The position numbers were made by a program, and so were the translations under genes. From Candidatus Eiseniibacteriota bacterium (GTDB taxonomy: Bacteria > Eisenbacteria > RBG-16-71-46): DNA of 64,000 nt. Of the stretch, positions 1 through 9,758 are shown piece after piece. The stretch lies in contig OY970178.1 in NCBI GenBank assembly GCA_963707915.1, forward strand, positions 2,198,103-2,262,102. The letters are read 5' to 3'. How positions within the stretch are numbered: the stretch's first letter is position 1; every line of letters begins with the position of its first letter. The notes under the pieces are model-generated. The model had not been told where the DNA came from. It ran no database searches and saw nothing but the letters and a program-made list of their open reading frames with translations.

Positions 1-802
1 GCTTCTCGGTGGTCTCGGGCGACAGCCCGACCTTGGGCAGCCGCGAGAGGAAGTCGGCCGCGATCTTGATGGAGTTGATCAGCTTGCCCTTGCCGAAGCC
101 GGGGTGGGTGTTGAAGCCCTCGAACGTGATGGTCATCGAGTCGGCCGAGAAGGTCTCCATCTCGACCTCGCCGAGGTCCTCGCCGTCCACGGTGTAGGCG
201 CAATAGGCGCCGAACTTCTTCACGTCGAAGTACTTGGTCCCGCCGCCCACTTCCTCGTCCGGCGTGAAGCCGACGCGGATCGCCCCGTGCGCGATCTCCG
301 GGTGCTGCACCAGGTACTCGGCCGCGGCCACGACCTCCGCCACGCCCGCCTTGTTGTCCGCGCCCAGCAGCGTCTTGCCCGAGGCCGTGACGATGTCGTG
401 GCCCTTCTTCCCGGCGAGCACCGGGCTGTCGTTCGCCTTGAGCACCGTGGACGGGTCGTCGGGCAGCACGATGTCGCCGCCCTGCCAGTTGCGGTGGATG
501 ATCGGCTTCACGTTCGCGCCGTCCGCCTCGGGCGAGGTGTCCACGTGCGCGATGAAGCCGACCACCGGCACGTTCGGCTTCTTCGTCGTCGCCGGCACGG
601 TCGCGAAGACGTAGCCGTACTCGTCGCGTGCCGCGTCCTTGAGCCCGATCGCCTTCAGCTCCTCGACCAGCTTGTCGATCAGCACGAACTGCTTCGCCGT
701 GCTCGGGTAGGTCTCGGAGTTCTCGTCCGACTGGGTGTCGTACGTGACGTAGCGCAGGAAGCGCTCGAGCTCGGTGGTCTTGAGCGGCGGGTTCGGCGAC
801 AT
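1..802 (-). CDS. pepT: Peptidase T (tripeptide aminopeptidase, M20B family); the N-terminal ~267 aa are present and the gene runs off the window start
   Basis: The reverse complement translates from an ATG (reverse complement of 800-802) as MSPNPPLKTTELERFLRYVTYDTQSDENSETYP...HVDTSPE...GADNKAGVAEV, the canonical PepT N-terminus and metal-binding motifs. This ORF is not in the supplied track because it is open at the window edge. Confidence 0.85.
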   Translation of the reverse strand, partial: MSPNPPLKTTELERFLRYVTYDTQSDENSETYPSTAKQFVLIDKLVEELKAIGLKDAARDEYGYVFATVPATTKKPNVPVVGFIAHVDTSPEADGANVKPIIHRNWQGGDIVLPDDPSTVLKANDSPVLAGKKGHDIVTASGKTLLGADNKAGVAEVVAAAEYLVQHPEIAHGAIRVGFTPDEEVGGGTKYFDVKKFGAYCAYTVDGEDLGEVEMETFSADSMTITFEGFNTHPGFGKGKLINSIKIAADFLSRLPKVGLSPETTEK

Positions 803-914
803 GACGGGCTCCTGGGTTGGCCGGAACGTTCGTGGAGAGACGAGCGTGAGGCTAGTCGAGCCCCCCGGTCGAGGCAAACACCGGGCCGAGCCGCCACCCG
901 CGTGCGCCGCGCGG

Positions 915-1352
915 CTAGAGCAGTTCCTCGAGGATCTCCGCGGCGCTCCGCACGAAGGCGGGACAACGGCGCTTGAACAGGTCCTGGGCGCGCGCGCGCT
1001 CGAGCCCCTCGGGGGTGCCGATGTCGCAACCGAGCAACTCCCGGCACACGATCGTCCCGTGCCGCGCCTGGAACCGGGCCAGGAACTCCCGCACCGGCGG
1101 ATAGGCCTGCTGCTTGCCCAGCGGATCCGCCTCCGCCGGGACGCCGCAGTGCCGCAGCCCGAGCGCCATGATCGCGCCGGTGACCGCACCGCAGGTCTCT
1201 CCCGCGCGCCCGAAGCCGCCGCCGAAGCCGGCGGCCACGCGCAGCGCGGTCTCGCGCGGCAGGTCCGCGGGGTCGGCGAACGCGGCGAACACCGACTGGG
1301 AACAGGCGAACTCCTGCTCGAACATCCGTACTGCCGTCTCGATGCGGTCCAC
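915..1352 (-). CDS. C_GCAxxG_C_C family protein (putative redox-active protein)
   Basis: 145 aa with the CGAVTGAIMALG motif (C-GxxxG signature) and the CRELLGCD motif. It has protein-like composition and is the only sensible frame in this stretch. Confidence 0.7.
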   Translation of the reverse strand: MDRIETAVRMFEQEFACSQSVFAAFADPADLPRETALRVAAGFGGGFGRAGETCGAVTGAIMALGLRHCGVPAEADPLGKQQAYPPVREFLARFQARHGTIVCRELLGCDIGTPEGLERARAQDLFKRRCPAFVRSAAEILEELL

Positions 1353-1461
1353 GGAGCGTCTCCCGGATCGGGTTGACCTGCCTGGCCTGGCCCATTCACG
1401 ACGCGTCGCTGCGAACGCGGGAGGACCGCGCTCGCAGGCGGCGCGCCACGAACCGTCCAGG

Positions 1462-2709
1462 CTAGATCATCCGCCGCAGGGTAACCGAACGCTCGGCGCG
1501 GGTCCCATCCCGCTCCACGGTCAGGCGAAGCGTGGCGCCCTCCTGCTTGAACAGGTCCAGCAGGCCTTCCTGACGGGTGCTGTCGAGTTCCCGTCCATCG
1601 ATGGCGACGATGCGGTCGCCGGGCGCGATGCTGGCTTCGGCCGCGGACGAACCCTCCATCACGGTGCGGACGGACAAGGAACCATCTCTCCGCGGCCGCA
1701 GGACCAGGCCCGCCATGTTGTGCTCGAAGGGCCGATCGTAGCCGGGCCGGGGGGAGAGCAGCATCCGCTGATGGGGGTAGTCGATGACCACGCGGAATCT
1801 CCTCAGGACCTGGTTTCCCAGGTTCCCATCTGCGCCCGTGCCCAGGCCAGCGCAGGTCGTTCCGGTCTCCTTGCCGGCGAAGGAACTGACGACGCTCGGG
1901 AGGGTGAACGGCCCGAGGCGCAGGTTCCGGATGCGCCCGATCCGCCCTTTGACTTCCCCCTGGACCCCCTTCCCGACGATGGACGTGATCGTCTTCGCGG
2001 GAAGCGTGAGACGCTTCGTCTCCGGCTGGAGGGAGAGCGCATGCGCGGCCCCCAGATCGACCACGAGACGGACCGCGACCTTCTCCTGATCCTCGTTCTC
2101 GACCTGCGCTTCCACGGTCGGGAACCCGGCGGCCAACTCCACGGGGATGCTCTCGAAGCCCCGCGCCTGGAACGATCCGCTCTCGTAGAGCGAGAGGACC
2201 GAGCGCTCGAAGTCGAGGTCGACGACGTACCGGTCGAAGATCGACTTGCCGATGACCCCGTCCCACTCCCAGGAGGACGTGTCTCGTGCCTCGGCCATGG
2301 CGATGACCGTCTGCTCCGGCAACTCGATCCCCCCGAAGGCGACGGTGGCGCCCATGTAGAGCAGGCCCTCCGGAGGGGCCTGCCCGCCTGCTCCGCCGAT
2401 CTGCACGGGCTGACCATCCTCGAGCCGAAGCTCATCGCCGAGTTCCCGGTGCATCAGCAGGACGATCGGGGCGGACATGCCGGTGTCCAGTACCATGTCC
2501 AATTCCCGCGACCCGTTGATCCGGACGGGGACCATGATCATGCCGTTGACGCTGTGGAAGGGGATCCGCGCCACCGGAGCCGGCGACATCGTCGGCACGG
2601 AGGCGTGGCCTCCCCGGGTGTGGTTGTCTGCCCCGGCCGAAGATGCGCTCACCGCGGCCAGAGCCAGCCCGGTGGCCAGCAGGATCCCGACAAATGGCTG
2701 CCTGATCAT
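1462..2709 (-). CDS. Retropepsin-like aspartic protease with a C-terminal PDZ domain, secreted
   Basis: The ATG at 2709 is preceded by GGGGAGGAAG. A signal peptide MIRQPFVGILLATGLALAAVSA follows, then the DTGMS and VVDLGAA aspartic protease motifs, and a PDZ-like C-terminus (GDRIVAIDGRELD). The track ORF extends 13 codons further upstream, to 2748. Confidence 0.8.
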   Translation of the reverse strand: MIRQPFVGILLATGLALAAVSASSAGADNHTRGGHASVPTMSPAPVARIPFHSVNGMIMVPVRINGSRELDMVLDTGMSAPIVLLMHRELGDELRLEDGQPVQIGGAGGQAPPEGLLYMGATVAFGGIELPEQTVIAMAEARDTSSWEWDGVIGKSIFDRYVVDLDFERSVLSLYESGSFQARGFESIPVELAAGFPTVEAQVENEDQEKVAVRLVVDLGAAHALSLQPETKRLTLPAKTITSIVGKGVQGEVKGRIGRIRNLRLGPFTLPSVVSSFAGKETGTTCAGLGTGADGNLGNQVLRRFRVVIDYPHQRMLLSPRPGYDRPFEHNMAGLVLRPRRDGSLSVRTVMEGSSAAEASIAPGDRIVAIDGRELDSTRQEGLLDLFKQEGATLRLTVERDGTRAERSVTLRRMI

Positions 2710-2786
2710 GGCTTCCTCCCCTGTCTTCCGGTCGTCCCTCTGTCGCACATGCGCGAGCGAGTCCCGGACTCCCGGCGGGCGGTTCG

Positions 2787-3925
2787 CTACCGCCGGATGA
2801 TCCTCAGTCCCGCGGGCGGATCGACCGGATCGGGCGGCGTCCTGCGGGCGGCGTCGAGCGACCGTGCGAGCCGCGTCTTCTCCTCGTCGTTCGCCGCCTT
2901 CCCGAGCAATCGCTCCACCGCCATGACGTGGGCCACGCGGAGCGCGGTGTCGGCAGCGGCCGCGACGTCGGGCTTCACGCCGACGCCCTCCCAGTTCGTC
3001 CCGGTGACCGGGCTCATGACGCGGCCCGTCGCCACAAAGGCGCTGAAGCCTCCTGGCAACTGGACCATCCCGTTGCCGGGGTTGCCCGCGCCGGCGGTCT
3101 GCTCACCGACGAGCGTGGCGCGCTTCTCGGCCTGCAGGGCGTAGGCAAAACTCTCAGCGGCCGAGCCCGTGAATCGCCCGGTCAGCACGTAGACGTCCTT
3201 GCCCGCGAAGCGCGGGCCCGGCACGTAGGGAAGCGTCCAGTCCGACCTCAGGCCGGCTTCCGGCCCCCCCGGTAGCGGAAGTCGAACAGGTGCAATTGCT
3301 CCGCCGGATCGAGCAGGTACGTGATCAGGAGATTGACCATGCTCGCGAAGCCGCCGCCGTTGCGCCGCACGTCGATGATGAGCGCATCGCTGTGGGCCAG
3401 GAAGCCCATGGCTGCCGCCGCGACCTCGCCCGCCCCGGTCGCGGGGTCGTCGAACACGCGCAAGTCGAGATAGCCGACGTTGCCCGCAAGGCGCTGGAGC
3501 TTCTCGAAGCCGAAGTTGCGCTGCCCCGCCATGGCCCGCATCCGCTCCATGTCGACGGCCGCTCCGCCCCCGCAGCCGATCTGCATCCGGCTGGTCGGAT
3601 CGTAGTGCACGCGCAGGTGCAGATCATGGGCGACGGCATAGAGGTGATCGTTCAGCGTGTCCGCGAAGGCCCGGGCGCTCGTGATGCGGGCGTACTCGCC
3701 GCGGGCGACGTGCCGGCGCAGCGCCTTGACGACATCCTTCGCCACGTCCGGGAACACATAGAGCTCCTCGATCCGCGACGCGAGCGTATCGAGCACGGCG
3801 GTGCGCGTGGCGGCGGAGACCGGGCTGTCGGGAGCGGGAGCGGCCGCGTTCTGCGCGCGGACCGGTGCGGACGCGAGGACCAGGAACAGCGAGAGCAGGC
3901 AGATCGGTGGGACGAGCTTCCTCAT
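2787..3925 (-). CDS. S41 family C-terminal processing peptidase, internally frameshifted (possible pseudogene or sequencing error)
   Basis: The N-terminal half (3248-3925; MRKLVPPICLL signal, ...IIDVRRNGGG...) and the C-terminal half (2787-3224; GRFTGSAAESFAYAL catalytic Ser motif, TLVGEQTAGAGN) sit in different frames. The break lies next to a C7/G7 homopolymer at 3264-3270. The start at 3925 has a GGAGGA RBS. Confidence 0.7.
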
Positions 3926-4023
3926 GGACGTCTTCCTCCGGACGGTGGGTCCATACGGCGCTGCGCAGGGGGCCGACAAGAGGAGTGTCGCGGGCGGCGA
4001 TGAAGAAGGTGTGAAGGCGGTGG

Positions 4024-5430
4024 CTACGCCTGCGGCGAGAGGGGCAGCGTGAAGGCGAAGGTCGACCCCTTCCCCACCTCGCTCTCGGCCCGGACCGTGC
4101 CGCCGTGGGCCTCGACCAGCCGCCGCACGATGGCGAGCCCCAGGCCCGCCCCGCCCGTCGCGCGGGCGCGCGACGGGTCGACCCGGTGGAAGCGCTCGAA
4201 GACGAACGCCAGGTGCTCCGCGGGGATGCCCTGGCCGGTGTCGCGCACCGCGAACTCGACGGCACCGTCCACCGGGCGCGCGCTCAGCGTGACGGAGCCG
4301 CCCGCGGGAGTGTGCTGGAGCGCGTTGGTGAGCAGGTTGCGAAGGACCTGCGCAATGCGTTCGCGGTCGGCCAGGACCGGCGGCAGCGGCGGGACCTGCG
4401 ATCCCAGGACCACGCCCGCCCCGGCGGCGGCGGGCCGCGACGCCGCGAGCACCGACTCGACCAGCTCCGCCGGGGCCAGCGGCTCCAGCGTCAGCCGCAG
4501 GGCTCCCGCTTCGGCGAGCGACAACTCCTGCAGGTCCCCGACCAGGCGCGCGAGCAGCAGCGTCTCCTCCCGCAGGGAACGGAGCGTCGGGGCGTCGGGC
4601 TGCGCCAGCCCGTCCTCGAGCGCCTCGATCTGGCAGCGCAGGTTCGTGAGCGGCGTACGCAGCTCGTGCGCGACATCGCTGACCATGGTGCGGCGCAGCG
4701 TCTCCTGTTGCGCCACGGCGTCGGCCATCGCATTGAACGAGCGCGCCAGGTGCCCGATCTCGTCCCTGGCGCCGGTGGCCACGCGCGCCGAGAGGTCGCC
4801 GCGCGCCATGCGCTGGGCCGCGGCGGTCAGATCCCGGACCGGCCGCAATACCGCCCGGCTCAGCGTCAGGATGAGGACGAGCGCCAGCGCGCCGCCCAGC
4901 GCCAGCGCCAGAGCCAGCCCCGAGGACATGCCGCGCCGCATGCGGTCCCGGTCGAGCATCTGGCCCACGTCCGGCAGGACGATGGCGTGGAGCGTGCCGA
5001 CCACGCGGCCATCGGACACGACCGGGGCGCTGGGGTTGCTCTGCAGCCGCATCATCGATCGCCGCCCGCCGGGCAGACGCATGGAGATGGTGATCGCGCC
5101 GTCGGGGCCGGTGCGCAGCGCGCTCTCGCGCAGCGGGACGCTGGTGGCCGCGACGACCGACCCGGAGCCGCCCGTCAGGAGCAGCTCGAACCCCGCCGGC
5201 TGGTGCCGGCGCAGCACCTCGTCCACCCCGCTCCAGCCGCGTCGTGCGTCCCAGCAGCGCTGCAGAGCCCGGGCCGCGGTGCCCAGATCGGGGCACGCGC
5301 TGGGGACGTTCACCCGCATCATCGACATCTCGAGGTTCACGGTCCGCTGGGTGACCAGCCCGACCACGCCCAGGGCCAGCCCCGCGACCAGCAGGCTCGC
5401 CACCAGGAGGCGGGCGCGCAGGCTGATCAC
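4024..5430 (-). CDS. Sensor histidine kinase (TM-HAMP-HisKA-HATPase_c)
   Basis: 468 aa with two TM segments, a HAMP region, the H-box [13 protein letters not shown], and the N/G1/G2 boxes ([26 protein letters not shown]). It overlaps the upstream response-regulator gene by 4 nt. Confidence 0.9.
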   Translation of the reverse strand: MISLRARLLVASLLVAGLALGVVGLVTQRTVNLEMSMMRVNVPSACPDLGTAARALQRCWDARRGWSGVDEVLRRHQPAGFELLLTGGSGSVVAATSVPLRESALRTGPDGAITISMRLPGGRRSMMRLQSNPSAPVVSDGRVVGTLHAIVLPDVGQMLDRDRMRRGMSSGLALALALGGALALVLILTLSRAVLRPVRDLTAAAQRMARGDLSARVATGARDEIGHLARSFNAMADAVAQQETLRRTMVSDVAHELRTPLTNLRCQIEALEDGLAQPDAPTLRSLREETLLLARLVGDLQELSLAEAGALRLTLEPLAPAELVESVLAASRPAAAGAGVVLGSQVPPLPPVLADRERIAQVLRNLLTNALQHTPAGGSVTLSARPVDGAVEFAVRDTGQGIPAEHLAFVFERFHRVDPSRARATGGAGLGLAIVRRLVEAHGGTVRAESEVGKGSTFAFTLPLSPQA

Positions 5431-6113
5431 TCCGACGCCTCCCCGGCGAAGCGGTAGCCGACGCCGGGCACGGTGACGACGAACCGGGGCACGGCCGGAT
5501 CCGCCTCGAGCTTGCGCCGGAGGTTCATCACGTGCGCGTCCACCGTGCGCTCGAGCACGTCCGAGTCGGCGCCGAAGGCCACCTCCACCAGCCGCGCCCG
5601 CGTGAAGGCGCGGCCCGGGGCCCGCGCCAGGGCGGCGAGCAGATCGAACTCGCGCGGGGTGAGGGGGACCGGCTCGCCCCGCCGACGCACCTCGTGGCGC
5701 TCGCCGTCGATCTCGAGCAGCCCGAAGCGCAGCGGTGCCCCCGCGGGCGGGGCTCGTCGCAGGATCGCACGCACGCGCGCCACCAGCTCGCGCGGGCTGA
5801 AGGGCTTGGTCAGGTAGTCGTCCGCGCCCAGGTTCAGGCCGGCAAGCTTGTCCGCTTCCGTCGAGAGCGCCGAGAGCATCAGGATCGGCACCTGCGAATC
5901 GGCGCGCAGCCGGCGGCAGACCTCGAGGCCGTCCACGCGGGGAAGCATGAGGTCCAGCACGACCAGATCGGGCCGCGACTCGCGCGCCTCGTCGAGCGCC
6001 TGCTCGCCGTTGTAGGCGCAGACGACCTCGAAGCCGGCGTGCTCGAGATAGAGCCGGCAGCTTTCGACGATCTTCTTCTCGTCGTCCACGACCAGGATGC
6101 GGCCTTCAGGCAT
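5427..6113 (-). CDS. OmpR/PhoB-family DNA-binding response regulator
   Basis: 228 aa with the receiver motifs ([20 protein letters not shown]) and a winged-helix C-terminus ([10 protein letters not shown]). It is translationally coupled to the kinase. Confidence 0.9.
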   Translation of the reverse strand: MPEGRILVVDDEKKIVESCRLYLEHAGFEVVCAYNGEQALDEARESRPDLVVLDLMLPRVDGLEVCRRLRADSQVPILMLSALSTEADKLAGLNLGADDYLTKPFSPRELVARVRAILRRAPPAGAPLRFGLLEIDGERHEVRRRGEPVPLTPREFDLLAALARAPGRAFTRARLVEVAFGADSDVLERTVDAHVMNLRRKLEADPAVPRFVVTVPGVGYRFAGEASE

Positions 6114-6228
6114 CCGGCAGCCCTCCGGACTTCGTCGGTGGAACCCGGTCCACTTCCTCTACGAGCATCGGCCGGCGCGATGAAGCATCCATGAAGGCCG
6201 GGGCCGGTCCTTCGGCCCCGCCGCCGGC

Positions 6229-7704
6229 TCACTCCCTCCGCGCCGGACGCAGCGCCTCGAGGAAGGACGCCTCCATCCAGTAGATGTCGCTGTTTCCGTT
6301 GCCGGCCCGGCTCTGGGCGTCCCGCAGGGCCCGGAGGGTCAGGGGCTTCTCCGGCGCGGGCGCGGCCTCGCGCGACCGGGTGGAGCCGAAGAAGAGGTAC
6401 TTCCCATCCGGCGACGCGTACGCGGACCCCGCATTGCCGCCGACCGGGCTCACGTCCTTCCCCAGGCACACGCCCTCGCTCCAGCGATCCTGCGGATCAC
6501 GGAAGAAGACGAAGTACTGCGGCCGTCCCGGCTCGGCGCCGTCGGTGCGTCCGTCCACGCAGGCGATCAGGTAGCTCTCGTCGGGCGCGACGAAGGCGTT
6601 GTAGGGCGTGCCCCGGCCGTTCACGGCCGCCGGCAGCGTGTCGGGGGGCTGGTAGCGGCCGCCCACCAGGCGCGATCGCACGATCCTCAGCCGGCCGCTG
6701 CGCGGCGGCCCGCACGTGTAGTAGAGCGTGCCGTCGCGCGTGAGCGACGGGAAGAACTCGCTGCCGGTGGTGTTGATCGGCGCGCCGAGGTCGTAGGGTT
6801 CGCTCCAGGTGCCGTCCGCCCGGCGGTCGGCGGCGAAGATGTTCTGGTTGGCCCAGCCCGGCCGGGTCTCCTCCCCCGCCGTGGGCCGCGTGGTCAGGAA
6901 GAGCATCCGCTTCCCGTCCGCCGACAGGCACGGCTCGAAGTGGAAGTAGCGCAGGTCCGCGGCGAAGGGCGCCACGACCGGCTCAGTCCAGCGGCCCCCC
7001 TCGAGCCGCGTGACCATGATGGTGTTGACCGGCCCCGTCATGACGCCGAAGTAGATCTCGCGGCCGTCGGGCGCGATCGCGACGTCACGCTCGCTCATCC
7101 CGGTGCAGACCCGTCCGGGAGCGAACAACTCCGGCGCCGCGCCCGGCGGCGCCTGGCCCAGGTACGGGCCCGAGAGCGCGGAGAAGCGCCCGCCGCCGCG
7201 GGCCTTCGCTTCCACCTCGTCGGAGGCCAGCGAGAAGTGCATCTGCGCGATGAGCCACTTCCCGCCGCGCTTCTCGAGCACGCCGGTCCAGCGCGCGTCG
7301 TCCCAGCCGGTCTTGCGGCCGTCCCACTCGCCGTGGTCGTCCAGCCGGCAGGTGTACCAGGCCACGTCGCCGGACTTCGAGAGGTGGATCCGCAGGTCCT
7401 CGAAGCGCGATCCCGCGGCCTTGAACTTCGGGTTCATGAACACGTCTTCGGTGAGCTTCCGGAACGCCTCGAACCCGTCGATCGTGCCCTTCGAGGAAGG
7501 GTCGAAGATGAAGAAGGTCGAGTCCTGCACGAAGCAGTCGTAGAGCGCCGCCTGGTCCTTGGTGAGCGCCCACTCGATCGAGGTGCGGACCACCTTCGCG
7601 ATCCTCGCCTTCTCGGCGTCGTCCCGCCCCGCGCCGCGGGCGGCCGGGACGATCGCCAGGCACACCAGGCAGGCGGACAGCGCTCCACGGTTCCTCGCGT
7701 TCAC
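6229..7704 (-). CDS. Secreted protein with a SnoaL-like (NTF2-fold) N-terminal domain and TolB/PD40-type WD40-like beta-propeller repeats
   Basis: A GTG start at 7704 sits 5 nt after GGAGGAGG. A signal peptide LSACLVCLAIVPAARG follows, an NTF2-like segment (YDCFVQDSTFFIFDP...WLIAQMHFS), and repeated PD40-like 'SP/APDG..L.F' units. The 1034-aa track ORF is an upstream over-extension. Confidence 0.7.
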   Translation of the reverse strand: MNARNRGALSACLVCLAIVPAARGAGRDDAEKARIAKVVRTSIEWALTKDQAALYDCFVQDSTFFIFDPSSKGTIDGFEAFRKLTEDVFMNPKFKAAGSRFEDLRIHLSKSGDVAWYTCRLDDHGEWDGRKTGWDDARWTGVLEKRGGKWLIAQMHFSLASDEVEAKARGGGRFSALSGPYLGQAPPGAAPELFAPGRVCTGMSERDVAIAPDGREIYFGVMTGPVNTIMVTRLEGGRWTEPVVAPFAADLRYFHFEPCLSADGKRMLFLTTRPTAGEETRPGWANQNIFAADRRADGTWSEPYDLGAPINTTGSEFFPSLTRDGTLYYTCGPPRSGRLRIVRSRLVGGRYQPPDTLPAAVNGRGTPYNAFVAPDESYLIACVDGRTDGAEPGRPQYFVFFRDPQDRWSEGVCLGKDVSPVGGNAGSAYASPDGKYLFFGSTRSREAAPAPEKPLTLRALRDAQSRAGNGNSDIYWMEASFLEALRPARRE

Positions 7705-7916
7705 GAGCCCCTCCTCCGGTGGATGGCGGCGGTGCGTTCCGGCCGGGCCGCGGCGGGCGGCGGTGCGGACCGGCAGCGAGCGTACCGGCGCCGCGCCGGC
7801 CCCGGTGGGCGCGGTCGAACCTGCGCGGGAAACCGCGCCCCGGACGCGGGCCGGCGAGCACTCCAGCGCGGAGGTCCCCGCACCGCGCCTCGGCCCGGGA
7901 ACGGGCCCGGACCCTT

Positions 7917-9752
7917 CTACCGGCCCAGCAGCTCCAGGATGCCGGTGGTCATCCACGGCATGTAGGTGATCAACAGCACGCCGATGCCGAGGATGAGCAG
8001 GAAGGGCAGGACGTGCCGGTAGAGCTCGGGCAGGGGCTTGTCGAATCGCGACGACGACAGGAAGAGGTTGAGTCCGACCGGGGGGAACAGGAACCCCAGC
8101 TCGAGGTTCGCCAGGAACACGACGCCGAGGTGGATGGGGTTGATGCCGAACGCGGCCCCGATCGGGGCCACCAGCGGCGCCAGGATGATGATCGCCGAGT
8201 AGATCTCGAGCACGCTGCCCAGCACCAGCAGCACGACGTTGAGGACCAGCAGGAAGACGACCGGCGAGTGGATGTGGGTCCGCACGCCGTTCAACAGCGC
8301 CATCGGGATCTGCGCGTCCACCAGCCAGCTGGTGAGCCCCATCGCGCTCGCCAGCAGGATGAGCACGGCGCCGCACAGCACGCCGGCCTTGAGCAGCACG
8401 CCCGGCAGGTCGCGCACCGGGTGGATGTCGCGCTTGATGAAGCATTCGACCACGATGGCGTAGGCGAAGGCCACCGCCGCGGCCTCGACCATGGTGGCCA
8501 TCCCCGTGGCGAACAGCACCACCACGACCGCCGGCACCGACAACTCCCACACCGCGGCCCAGCCCGAGACCAGCGCCTCCTTGAGCGAGAACGACTGCCG
8601 CGGCGCGCCGACCTTGCCGCCGACGCGCATGCCGTAGAGCGCGACGATCAGCACCAGCAGCGTGCCGGGCAGCAGCCCCGCGAGGTACAGCGAGTCGGCG
8701 GGCACGCTGGCCACGACCGCGTAGAGGATGACCGGCAGGCTGGGCGGGAACAGCAGGCCGAGGCTGCCCGAGGCGGTCACCAGCCCGAGCGAGAACCCCT
8801 CGGGATACTTCTCCTCGCGCAGGATCGGGTAGAGCAGCCCGCCCAGCGCCATGATGGTGATGCCCGAGCCGCCGGTGAAGGTGGTGAACAACGCGCACAC
8901 CGCGGCCACCAGCACCGCCACGCCGCCCGGCATCCAGCCGAACAGCGCGCGGAAGAAGCGCACCAGGCGCAGCGAAGCGTGCGACTCGGCCAGCACGTAG
9001 CCGCAGGCGGTCAGCAGCGGGATGGCCGGCAGGGTCGGCGAGAGCATCAGCCGGTAGACCTCCGCCGTCACCGACGCGACCGGCACCGCGTCCTTGAAGA
9101 ACAGCAGCAGCGCGATGCCGCCCATGGCGACGAAGACCGGCGCGCCGACCAGCGCGGCCAGCACGATCACCGCCAGCACCGGCACCCAGATCGCGTGCCC
9201 GAGCGCGGGGACGGCGCCGAGCCCGAAGGCGGAGGCCATGGCGGCGAACGCCAGCGCCCGGCCCTTCCAGCCGTCCGAAGCGCCCCAGGCCAGCCGCACC
9301 GCGATGAGCGCGAGCGCGACCGGCATGACGCACTCGCTGATCCAGACCGGCAGCCCGATCGCCAGCACCTCGCCCTGCGCGCGGTCGGCGAGCACCACGC
9401 CCCAGGCCGAGTACGCCAGCACGCCGCAGACCGCGGCCGCGACCGCGGAGGAGAACAGGCGCGCGACGTCCCGCGCCTTCGCGTGCCCGAGCGCCTCGGC
9501 GGTCGAGAGGGTGAGGTGCCGGCGCTCGCGCGTCGCCAGCAGGCCGCCGAGGAAGGCGAGCCAGAGCGTCAACTGCGCGCGGTAGGTGGCCGAGCCCGGG
9601 ACCGAGAAGCCGCCCAGCGGGCGGCCCACGGCGTCGATGAGCGGCAGCGCCATCGAGAGCAGGAAGGCGACCACCAGCACCCCGCCCTCGAGGCTCCCCA
9701 GGGCCGCGAGCACGCGCCCCGGCCGCGGCTGCGGCGGCGAAGCTTCAGGCAT
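7917..9752 (-). CDS. TRAP transporter fused permease (DctQ-like small subunit plus DctM-like large subunit)
   Basis: 611 aa and highly hydrophobic, with at least 16 predicted TM segments and a small-subunit-like N-terminus fused to a DctM-like body. It sits 6 nt downstream of the DctP-like gene. Confidence 0.85.
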   Translation of the reverse strand: MPEASPPQPRPGRVLAALGSLEGGVLVVAFLLSMALPLIDAVGRPLGGFSVPGSATYRAQLTLWLAFLGGLLATRERRHLTLSTAEALGHAKARDVARLFSSAVAAAVCGVLAYSAWGVVLADRAQGEVLAIGLPVWISECVMPVALALIAVRLAWGASDGWKGRALAFAAMASAFGLGAVPALGHAIWVPVLAVIVLAALVGAPVFVAMGGIALLLFFKDAVPVASVTAEVYRLMLSPTLPAIPLLTACGYVLAESHASLRLVRFFRALFGWMPGGVAVLVAAVCALFTTFTGGSGITIMALGGLLYPILREEKYPEGFSLGLVTASGSLGLLFPPSLPVILYAVVASVPADSLYLAGLLPGTLLVLIVALYGMRVGGKVGAPRQSFSLKEALVSGWAAVWELSVPAVVVVLFATGMATMVEAAAVAFAYAIVVECFIKRDIHPVRDLPGVLLKAGVLCGAVLILLASAMGLTSWLVDAQIPMALLNGVRTHIHSPVVFLLVLNVVLLVLGSVLEIYSAIIILAPLVAPIGAAFGINPIHLGVVFLANLELGFLFPPVGLNLFLSSSRFDKPLPELYRHVLPFLLILGIGVLLITYMPWMTTGILELLGR

Positions 9753-9758
9753 CTTGGC

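Noticed and set aside
1114-3144. A 676-aa ORF on the + strand, and similar + strand ORFs at 104..976 and 774..1376
   Set aside because: They are antisense to pepT, the C_GCAxxG gene and the aspartic protease, with no motifs and biased composition.
3926-5296. The upstream ~450 codons of the 682-aa track ORF 3248..5296 (-)
   Set aside because: It has only proline/arginine/glycine-rich composition and overlaps the histidine kinase gene in another frame. The S41 peptidase clearly begins at the ATG at 3925 (GGAGGA RBS, signal peptide).
6150-6228. A GC hairpin GGGGCC-n8-GGCCCC downstream of the PD40-protein gene
   Set aside because: It is only a 6-bp stem with no T-tract. Many such short GC palindromes occur by chance at this GC content.
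7705-9333. The N-terminal ~540 codons of the 1034-aa track ORF 6229..9333 (-)
   Set aside because: It is low-complexity Arg/Gly/Ala-rich and overlaps the real TRAP permease gene in a different frame. The true start is the GTG at 7704, 5 nt after GGAGGAGG.
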